Shown piece after piece: positions 33,949-40,981 of a DNA stretch of 40,981 nucleotides (position 1 is its first letter; the number at the start of each line of letters is the position of its first letter). The DNA is from Escherichia phage J8-65. The position numbers were made by a program, and so were the translations under genes. The DNA lies in sequence record NC_025445.1, one strand, 5' to 3'. The notes below the pieces were generated by a model. It had not been told where the DNA came from. It saw nothing but the letters and a program-made list of their open reading frames with translations, and did no database searches.

Positions 33949-36332
33949 TGGCCAATAGCTACAACGCATACGTGGCAAACGGAACGCAGACCGCGTTCCT
34001 TGTCACCTTCGAACAACGAGTGTTCACGCAGATTCAGGTGTACCTTAACTCCGAACTCCAGACGAGTGGGTACACCTACAACTCCGTGACCAAGCAAATC
34101 ATATTTGATACCGCCCCGCTCGCCGGGGTGATTGTCCGACTACAACGGTACACCTCAGAAGTGCTGCTGAACAAGTTCGGTCAGGATGCTGCCTTCACTG
34201 GTAGCAACCTCGACGAGAACTTTGAGCAGATTCTCTTCAAGGCAGAAGAGACGCAGGAAGCATGGCTGGCTCCGCTTGACCGTGCCCTGCGCGTACCGAA
34301 CTCTGAGGTGTCAATCAACGCACTGCCTAACGTCGCAGGCCGCCGCAACAAGGCGCTGGGCTTCGACAACAACGGCCAACCCTTCATGGTGCCGCTGGTT
34401 GATATACCCGACTCTGCGCTGGCTATCGCGCTGGCGATGAATGACGGCGGTAAGTGGATTGGTACTCTCGGCGGTGGCACATTCCTCGACCGTCAGGATA
34501 CTGTCTGCCTGTCTGAGTTCACCAACAACACTGGTTACGCCTCTGTCGCCGCTGCGTGCCAAGCCTGCTTCGACTACGCCAAAGCCAACAACAAGGTTGT
34601 GGACGCTCGCGGTTGGGAAGGTACTGTGAACTCAACCATCACTATGGATGGTATCGAGGTTGTCGGCGGTACGTGGAACGGCACAGCGGATATCCGTCTG
34701 CTGAATGCTACGTTCCGCAACTTCTCTGCATCAAAGGTTCGTGTCTGCTACTGGGGCGGTAATGTACGCATTGCTGATTACGAGTTCACTGACCACCCAT
34801 CGGCATCGAAAGTTGCCAGCATCCTGTTCCAAGGCAACATCGCCGGGGGCAGCTACGTCATTGAGAACGGCGTACACCGCAACGGTTACTTCGGTATTCT
34901 CCAGCAGGGTACTGGTGAGGCCATTGATAACGGTGTGATTCGCAACATCGCTCTGATGGATATGTCCGGCGACGGCATTGAGATGAACGTAATCAACAAG
35001 CACTATGACGGTGGCCTGTCGATTGAGAACATCTACCTCGAAAATATCAACGGTATCAACCCAACCTCCAACCCATCCTTCGTCTCCAACTGGGGTATCG
35101 GGATTGGTCTGGCTGGTCAAGGGCCGTTTGGCTGGGATGCTGCTGAGACCCAGTACGCGAAGAACATCACAGTCCGTGGTGTCCATGCTCCGCGTGGCGT
35201 GCGTCAGGTCATCCACTTCGAGGTGTCCAAGAACTGCTCGGTGTACGACGTACACGCTAACCCTGACCTTACTGTCTCCAACGGTACAGGTCTGACGGCT
35301 GCTGGCGTTATTACCTACGGCTGCAAGGATATCGTCATTGACGGCGTGTACGGTGAGCCTATCGTGGGCAGCACAGGTACTGACCCGGCTGCTGTGCGTC
35401 TCGTGATGTGCGAGTGGGGTTCCAACCAAGCAGGTGCTGGTGGCGTGCCGGGTGCATCGAACCCATCGTTCAACATGACCCTGCGTAACATCTACACCAA
35501 GACTGGCCGTATCTACGCTGGTATTGGTTCCGATGATGTGAACACCAACGTGTACCACCTTGAGAACATCCACTGCTACCGTCTGAGCCTCTTCGGTGTG
35601 GCCACCATCCTGAACATGACCAACGTGACGGGTGTTGACTTCGACTGCGTAGGCGATGACTCCAGCGGCGGTACGTCCTCCAACGGTGTGTACCCGCGAC
35701 GCAAGACCGTCCTCAATATGGTGAACGTGAACTTCTATGGCCCCGGCAACACCGAGGGTGCCCTGTACAGTAAAGCTCGCTACTCGGATATCAGTACGCT
35801 GAACTCCAACGTGCGTGCTATTCCGTACACCAACATCCAAGGTGACGTCGGCGTTATCCTGTCTCCGGTCAACCGTATGTACACACTGCCGAACGACCTC
35901 GCAACTCTGACTGGTGGGGAGTTCCCGACTGGTAAAGAGTTCTGCGAGGGTACGGTACTGTTCAAGACGGACGGTACAGGTGGTAACTTCATCGTGACCC
36001 GGTTCGGTGCCTACATCCCGGACGACGGCAACAACTTCAAGGTGCGTGCTGCTGCCGCTGGCCAGACGTATCTGGAGCAGAACCTGACTCCGGCTGGTAC
36101 TCAAGCCTCGACCTCGTGGCTGTATCATAAGCCTATCTCTGCTGGTACTCGCCTGAACATTCCGGGCGCAGGGCCAAGCGGCGGTACGCTTACGGTCACT
36201 GTGATGCGAGCGCCGTATCAGGTAGACAACAACATCGGGAACCCGGTGCGCATTGATATCAGCCCGGCAATCGTAACTGCGATTCCGGCAGGTACTCAGC
36301 TCGCCGCCACGTACCCGGTCGCATTCATCTAA
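33948..36332 (+). CDS. tail fiber / tailspike with probable beta-helix depolymerase domain (794 aa)
   Basis: N-terminal ~120 aa parallels T7 gp17 tail-attachment domain; central region has repetitive NG/GG-rich beta-helix-like repeats. Confidence 0.75.
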   Translation: MANSYNAYVANGTQTAFLVTFEQRVFTQIQVYLNSELQTSGYTYNSVTKQIIFDTAPLAGVIVRLQRYTSEVLLNKFGQDAAFTGSNLDENFEQILFKAEETQEAWLAPLDRALRVPNSEVSINALPNVAGRRNKALGFDNNGQPFMVPLVDIPDSALAIALAMNDGGKWIGTLGGGTFLDRQDTVCLSEFTNNTGYASVAAACQACFDYAKANNKVVDARGWEGTVNSTITMDGIEVVGGTWNGTADIRLLNATFRNFSASKVRVCYWGGNVRIADYEFTDHPSASKVASILFQGNIAGGSYVIENGVHRNGYFGILQQGTGEAIDNGVIRNIALMDMSGDGIEMNVINKHYDGGLSIENIYLENINGINPTSNPSFVSNWGIGIGLAGQGPFGWDAAETQYAKNITVRGVHAPRGVRQVIHFEVSKNCSVYDVHANPDLTVSNGTGLTAAGVITYGCKDIVIDGVYGEPIVGSTGTDPAAVRLVMCEWGSNQAGAGGVPGASNPSFNMTLRNIYTKTGRIYAGIGSDDVNTNVYHLENIHCYRLSLFGVATILNMTNVTGVDFDCVGDDSSGGTSSNGVYPRRKTVLNMVNVNFYGPGNTEGALYSKARYSDISTLNSNVRAIPYTNIQGDVGVILSPVNRMYTLPNDLATLTGGEFPTGKEFCEGTVLFKTDGTGGNFIVTRFGAYIPDDGNNFKVRAAAAGQTYLEQNLTPAGTQASTSWLYHKPISAGTRLNIPGAGPSGGTLTVTVMRAPYQVDNNIGNPVRIDISPAIVTAIPAGTQLAATYPVAFI

Positions 36333-36341
36333 GGAGTAATC

Positions 36342-36632
36342 ATGGCATCCGTGAATAAGCAGCTCGATGGGCTGCACCGGATGCTGGTTGAGTATCTGAC
36401 CACTCGGCTGTCTGAGTGCATGAAGCCCGGTAACGAGCCAATGCCAGCAGCCGAGCTGTCGGTACTTCGCCAGTTCCTGAAAGACAATGGCATCCAAGCA
36501 GATGCTGACCACGCCGACGACCTGCTGGCGCTGCAAGAGCAGCTCAACAAAGAGAAGTCGGATACGGAGCGGAAGTCCATCATGGACTCTGCCATCAAAG
36601 CAATTGCAGAAGATAGCGGGATGATGCACTAA
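36342..36632 (+). CDS. terminase small subunit (96 aa)
   Basis: size and position as T7 gp18; AAGGAG RBS. Confidence 0.7.
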   Translation: MASVNKQLDGLHRMLVEYLTTRLSECMKPGNEPMPAAELSVLRQFLKDNGIQADADHADDLLALQEQLNKEKSDTERKSIMDSAIKAIAEDSGMMH

Positions 36633-38392
36633 TGGATTTACAACGCCGCATGGTGATGGCAGGAATCGTTCGCGCACACTACGAGAACAACTTCCCGCTG
36701 TTCCTGCATGACTACTTCGCATGGCTGGGCTTTGACCTCACTGAAATGCAGCTCGATATTGGCCGCTACATGGCCGACCGGACGCTCAAGAACAAGTGCG
36801 TCATGGCTCAGCGCGGTGAGGCCAAGTCCACCATCGGCATTGCCCGTGCCCTGTATGAGTTCGTCCAGATGCCTAACGCCACCGTGCTGCTGGTATCTGG
36901 TTCTGACGACTATGCGGGTACGCTCTCGCACGCCATCGTATCTGCCATTATGCAATGGGACAGGTTGGAATGGCTGCGCCCTGAAACTCGCGCTGGCGCA
37001 CGTACCTCTTATACAGACGGTTTCGATGTACACCACGCATTTCGTATTCCTGATAAACAGCCCTCTGTCAAAGCGGTCGGTATCTTCGGCCAGTTGCAGG
37101 GGAACCACGTATCGCTGTTGATTGCCGATGACGTGGAGACTACCAGTAACGGTAGCTCTCCTGCCAACCGCGCCCGTATCAACACCCTGACCAAAGAGTT
37201 CGCGGCTATCGCCAACGACGGCGCAGAGATTCTGTACCTCGGCACGCCGCAGACTCAGGATTCCATCTACAACACGCTCCCGCAGCGTGGCTTCGACGTT
37301 CGCATCTGGCCCGGTCGTTTCCCAACGGTTGAGGAAGAAGAACGCTACGGCGGCTGTCTGGCCCCGTGGATTAAGCAGAAGATGGATGGCCACCCTGAAC
37401 TGCGTACTGGTTACGGTATCCTTGGGAACCGTGGTGCGCAGACTGACCCTCAGCGTTACTCCGAAGAGAAGCAGCTACAGAACGAACGAGACTACCAGCA
37501 GGCAGGCTTCCAGCTACAGTTCATGCTGGACACGTCGCTGTCAGATGCACTGAAACAGACTCTGCATATCCGGGATGTTATCTTCTTCCACGGCTCGCCG
37601 CAGTCTGCACCGGAGTATCTGCACTGGTCGAATCATTCGCGTCACTTGGCCGAGCTGCCAATGGACTTCCCACTCGCTCGCGCCCAGCTCTATCTGGCCG
37701 CTGACTTCTCTGAGACGTATGTACCATTCACGAATACCAAGGCGTTTCTTGACCCTGCTGGTGGTGGGTCGGACGAATCCGTTCTCTTCGCCACAGCTTC
37801 TATCGGCCCGTTTATCCACGTCATCGGTATGCACGTCTACCACGGCGGCCAGACGGAAGAGAACATCAAGGCGGCGGTAGAGTGGTGCCACGAGCTGGGT
37901 GTCCAGCACATCACCATTGAGGACAACATGGGCCACGGTGCCGTGACCAACATGTACCGTGGTGAGATTAAGCGTCAAGGACTGACAATCGGCTGTGAGG
38001 GTATTTACTCCAGCGGCCAGAAAGAAGTGCGTATCATCAATCGGTTGAGTCCTATCCTCCAGCGCCACCGCGTGGTAATCCACTGGTCGGTTGTTGAGGA
38101 AGACCTGCGCCTGTGCCGGGCCATGAACAACGGTGGCCGGGAATATAGCCTGTTCTGGCAGATGCAGAACTTGACGCAGGACAAAGGCTCCATTCCGCAC
38201 GATGACCGCATCGAAACCCTATCCGCTGCCGTGTATCTCCACGCCGAGGTACTCCAGCAAGACGAACATGAAGAGGCCCAAAAGCGTGAAGTGGCCGCCG
38301 CTCGTGAGTTTGTTGCCAACCCAATGGGGTACGACGACTCGAAGTGGCGCAGTCATAAGCGTGTCCGTGGCACTCGTCGGAGAATCCGCTAA
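36632..38392 (+). CDS. terminase large subunit (586 aa)
   Basis: same length as T7 gp19; ATPase-like N-terminus and DPAGGGSDES nuclease-like motif. Confidence 0.85.
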   Translation: MDLQRRMVMAGIVRAHYENNFPLFLHDYFAWLGFDLTEMQLDIGRYMADRTLKNKCVMAQRGEAKSTIGIARALYEFVQMPNATVLLVSGSDDYAGTLSHAIVSAIMQWDRLEWLRPETRAGARTSYTDGFDVHHAFRIPDKQPSVKAVGIFGQLQGNHVSLLIADDVETTSNGSSPANRARINTLTKEFAAIANDGAEILYLGTPQTQDSIYNTLPQRGFDVRIWPGRFPTVEEEERYGGCLAPWIKQKMDGHPELRTGYGILGNRGAQTDPQRYSEEKQLQNERDYQQAGFQLQFMLDTSLSDALKQTLHIRDVIFFHGSPQSAPEYLHWSNHSRHLAELPMDFPLARAQLYLAADFSETYVPFTNTKAFLDPAGGGSDESVLFATASIGPFIHVIGMHVYHGGQTEENIKAAVEWCHELGVQHITIEDNMGHGAVTNMYRGEIKRQGLTIGCEGIYSSGQKEVRIINRLSPILQRHRVVIHWSVVEEDLRLCRAMNNGGREYSLFWQMQNLTQDKGSIPHDDRIETLSAAVYLHAEVLQQDEHEEAQKREVAAAREFVANPMGYDDSKWRSHKRVRGTRRRIR

Positions 38393-39063
38393 TGTCTTTG
38401 ATTTCTATCACTAATCAGCAGCGGTACGATATTGGCTACCGTGCCAACATCGCCGCCAATCTGACCCAACGCTTCGTGAACAACACGAAGACACTGACGG
38501 CTGAGCAGGCTGCGCCAATCGACGCGGCCATTACCCAGCTCATGACGGCTCTGGAAGCCGCTGGCTACACCTCTGTACCGGAAGGCTCTGCCATCGTCGC
38601 AGACGGCGCTGCAACCACTGTGGTGAACGCGAACGGTACTGTGCAGAAGGCTGCCACCTTCGACGTTAACGGTGAGACGGTTACTGTCGCCCTGCCTGCT
38701 ACTGTCGGTATGAAGTCCAACAACGACTCCATCTCTGTGCAGAACGTGAATGGTGCGGCTGGTGTAACCTCCACCTCGTACGTGGACAGCAACGGTGTAC
38801 TGGTCGCCGCCCGGCTGCCAGCAACCACGGCTGTAATCGCCAGTGGCAACAACATCCAGATTCGCAACTCCGCTGGCACCGCCATCGGTAACGCGACCTT
38901 CACCGTATCCAACGGTGTCATCACGTACGGTACACTTCCTGCGACCATTGCTGGCGTAGCGAACGGTGCCACCCTCACTGGTGTAGCGCCGACTGGCACG
39001 TACACCAATACCGTAACCTTCACTGTCGCTGGTGGTGTTATCACTGGCATTGCACTGTCCTAA
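38392..39063 (+). CDS. beta-rich repeat protein, possible fibrous or receptor-binding accessory (223 aa)
   Basis: three internal repeats (ATFDVNGETVTVALPAT / ATFTVSNGVITYGTLPAT / VTFTVAGGVITGIAL); Thr/Val/Gly/Ala-rich. Confidence 0.5.
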   Translation: MSLISITNQQRYDIGYRANIAANLTQRFVNNTKTLTAEQAAPIDAAITQLMTALEAAGYTSVPEGSAIVADGAATTVVNANGTVQKAATFDVNGETVTVALPATVGMKSNNDSISVQNVNGAAGVTSTSYVDSNGVLVAARLPATTAVIASGNNIQIRNSAGTAIGNATFTVSNGVITYGTLPATIAGVANGATLTGVAPTGTYTNTVTFTVAGGVITGIALS

Positions 39064-39074
39064 CGGGAGATTTT

Positions 39075-39260
39075 ATGTCCTTAGCAACTTCTACCGCCGC
39101 TGAGCGTGCGGGACTGGTGGCGGCCTGCAACATGCTGGCCAAATACCTCAACGTGTACACGGAAGACTACCACCTGAATACGGCTGACACTGACCTGCTG
39201 GCTGAGCATCAGGTGTACATCGACCGTGTGAAAGCAGCTACGGCTGCCATCGACGCATAA
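39075..39260 (+). CDS. hypothetical protein (61 aa)
   Basis: GGGAG RBS; no TM segment. Confidence 0.5.
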   Translation: MSLATSTAAERAGLVAACNMLAKYLNVYTEDYHLNTADTDLLAEHQVYIDRVKAATAAIDA

Positions 39261-39270
39261 GAGGTAGCGT

Positions 39271-39762
39271 ATGAAACTGTCTCGGCTATTGGCCGGGGCA
39301 GTCCTCTCATTGTCTCTGACTTTGACGGGCTGCTCCGCAACTAGCGCACTGTCTGCTGTAACTTCGGCTGTCTCTCCTAACAAGCCGGAACTGACGGCAC
39401 AGGTAGGTGCAGAGAACACGAAGCAAGGCATCGGTGTGACTGCGAAACAGTCCGACGAAACCGAAGTCGGTGACGTATCAGGTAACGCGAAAGTGGATAC
39501 CGCTAAACAGGGTAGTAACGCTACGACCGTCAAGGACGTTACAGGCGGCTCTGTAAACGCTTCTAAGCAGGGGTCTCAGATGACCCAAGGGAACGTACAG
39601 GCTAAGACTGTTATCGTCTCACAGAGCGACCCACGCAGCCTATTGTGGGCATTTGGCATGGGCCTTACGTGTATTCTTGGTTTGGTAATGTGGTTTGTAC
39701 CATCTCCGTGGAAGAGGAAGGTAAGAGATGACGGAAGCAAAACGAAAGGAGCCGACTCCTAA
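39271..39762 (+). CDS. candidate unimolecular spanin: lipoprotein with C-terminal TM helix (163 aa)
   Basis: N-terminal signal with lipobox LTLTGC; C-terminal LLWAFGMGLTCILGLVMWFV TM segment then basic tail; topology as phage T1 gp11. Confidence 0.55.
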   Translation: MKLSRLLAGAVLSLSLTLTGCSATSALSAVTSAVSPNKPELTAQVGAENTKQGIGVTAKQSDETEVGDVSGNAKVDTAKQGSNATTVKDVTGGSVNASKQGSQMTQGNVQAKTVIVSQSDPRSLLWAFGMGLTCILGLVMWFVPSPWKRKVRDDGSKTKGADS

Positions 39763-40114
39763 CATCCACTCGCGTATGGGTGCAGTGGAGGCTCGTATGC
39801 AGACCGTAGAACTACGCCTCGACAAACACGAAGTGCAAATCGCTAACCTTGAGAAAGGCGACGCTGCGATGCTCACGAAGCTGGCTGAGAACGACTCGCG
39901 CTGGCAGCAGGTTCAGCAGCAGCTCTTGGTGGTCGAGCAGATTCAGGATATCCAGAGAACTATGAGCCATATCGGTAAGTTGTTTACGGCGGCAGCACAC
40001 GCCGTCAAATGGTGCCTGTTAACCGCATCCCTGTGCAGCGGTGTGTATTTAGCAATTAAGGCTGGCGACCTCACAGCTCTCCAGTCCTTTATCACAAGCA
40101 TTATGGGGATGTAA
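39728..40114 (+). CDS. lysis-cassette membrane protein, candidate atypical holin (128 aa)
   Basis: GAGGAAGG RBS; ~85-aa coiled-coil-like N-terminus then one hydrophobic segment WCLLTASLCSGVYLAI; sits between spanin and endolysin. Confidence 0.45.
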   Translation: MTEAKRKEPTPNIHSRMGAVEARMQTVELRLDKHEVQIANLEKGDAAMLTKLAENDSRWQQVQQQLLVVEQIQDIQRTMSHIGKLFTAAAHAVKWCLLTASLCSGVYLAIKAGDLTALQSFITSIMGM

Positions 40115-40650
40115 TGACTAACTTTGAAATCTGTATGAAGTTCACCGGGCTGGCAGAAGGCGGGTACACCAAGCTGCCCGGTGACACTGGAGGGGAAACG
40201 AATCATGGAATTAGCGACGCTCGTGATGGCAAACTGGATGGCCGAATTTGTGGTGTCCCTACTGGGCTTGGTGGCTCTATTTGTGTGCCTGTCAAACAGC
40301 TCACCAAAGAGCAAGCCAACGCTATCTACCGGGCCGAGTATTTCGACCCCATCAAAGGTGACGAGCTACACCCTGCGATTGCATGTGCCGTGTTCGACTA
40401 CGGTGTCAACTCCGGTATCAGCCGTGCGGCGAAAGCTCTACAGCGGGTATGCGGCGTTGCACAAGACGGGGTTATTGGCCCTGCAACCGTGGCAGCAGCC
40501 AAACGTCTGGAACCTCACTCCGCAGCAGCATCCATCTGTGACCTTCGTATTGCGTTCCTAAAGGCTTCTACAGCCCCGACAATCGTTCGGTATAGGGATG
40601 CCTTGGTTGCCCGTGCAAAACGCTGTAGCGCGTACTGTGCGACGTTATAG
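40114..40650 (+). CDS. endolysin, GH108 muramidase with PG_binding_3-like C-terminal domain (178 aa)
   Basis: N-terminal LAEGGYTKLPGDTGGETNHGI matches the GH108 EGGY motif; C-terminal region resembles PG_binding_3; no N-terminal SAR/TM segment. Confidence 0.75.
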   Translation: MTNFEICMKFTGLAEGGYTKLPGDTGGETNHGISDARDGKLDGRICGVPTGLGGSICVPVKQLTKEQANAIYRAEYFDPIKGDELHPAIACAVFDYGVNSGISRAAKALQRVCGVAQDGVIGPATVAAAKRLEPHSAAASICDLRIAFLKASTAPTIVRYRDALVARAKRCSAYCATL

Positions 40651-40722
40651 GGGCATTGAAAGCTAGGACATTGAACAGGCGTTTCCCGGCTTGAAAATTG
40701 ACTATTTGTGCGTGGGCCTCCC

Positions 40723-40981
40723 TCGACCCGAAGGAGCGCCTGCGCCCCCGTACGCCTGTGCGCGTGCGCGTGCATGACGTGTGCGCATTATGCGTGCGTG
40801 CCTGCGCGTGCGGTATTGCTCGCGTGCGTGCGGTATAGTTCGCGCGTGCCCGTTTCCATTGTCGCGGTGTGGTGCTGTGTGGTGCTGCGTCCTGCTGCTG
40901 CGTGCTGCGCCACTGCTACCACTGGACGCGCCTGCGCTGGGCTGCTGGTGCTGGGCGGTGCTGCTGTGTGTATCGGTGGCT
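40723..40981. repeat. right direct terminal repeat (DTR)
   Basis: identical to 1-259; window ends at last repeat base so the true DTR could be longer. Confidence 0.85.

Noticed and set aside
34731-36722. 663-aa minus-strand ORF
   Set aside because: Antisense to tailspike and small terminase; no RBS; + strand genes have conserved N-terminal domains.
22988-39040. Three exact Chi octamers (GCTGGTGG) on the + strand, near 22988, 37756 and 39032
   Set aside because: The count is only marginally above chance for a GC-rich 41-kb sequence, the host is unknown, and T7-type phages inhibit RecBCD by other means.
40181-40561. Out-of-frame + ORF inside the endolysin gene encoding a peptide with a hydrophobic segment (FVVSLLGLVALFVCL)
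   Set aside because: Considered as an embedded holin, but it has no RBS, sits mid-gene in a different frame, and the rest is low-complexity Ser/Thr/Pro; most likely spurious. Worth a ribosome-profiling check only.
1-40981. Search for integrase, tRNA genes, CRISPR arrays or insertion sequences
   Set aside because: No tyrosine or serine recombinase motifs, no cloverleaf-like tRNA candidates and no regularly spaced direct repeats were seen; the only large repeat is the terminal redundancy.

Overview
The window is a complete linear podophage genome of the T7 supergroup (Autographiviridae) with phiKMV-like gene order: about 40.7 kb of unique sequence bounded by 259-bp direct terminal repeats (1-259 is identical to 40723-40981). 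Essentially all genes are on the + strand. From left to right: an A-depleted GT-rich left end; four sigma70-like early promoters (687-1036) and a ~430-nt leader; an early block of small genes including a tandem paralogous family of small acidic proteins; a replication block (zinc-ribbon primase-like protein, DnaB-like helicase, CCA-enzyme-like nucleotidyltransferase, family A DNA polymerase, 5'-3' exonuclease, endonuclease VII, metallophosphoesterase, HAD phosphatase, MazG-like protein); a single-subunit RNA polymerase placed at the end of the replication block; a low-GC two-gene island; the structural block (portal, scaffold, capsid, tail tubular A/B, three internal virion proteins, tailspike); small and large terminase; and a terminal lysis cassette (candidate unimolecular spanin, atypical membrane protein, GH108 endolysin). 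No integrase, tRNA or CRISPR was seen, consistent with a virulent phage. Host is not determinable from sequence alone; the promoter architecture and moderately high GC suggest a Gammaproteobacterium. All functional calls are from motif recognition and synteny by eye; no database search was run. Many ORF-track starts use GTG/TTG, so starts were re-set to the nearest ATG or GTG with a Shine-Dalgarno where visible.
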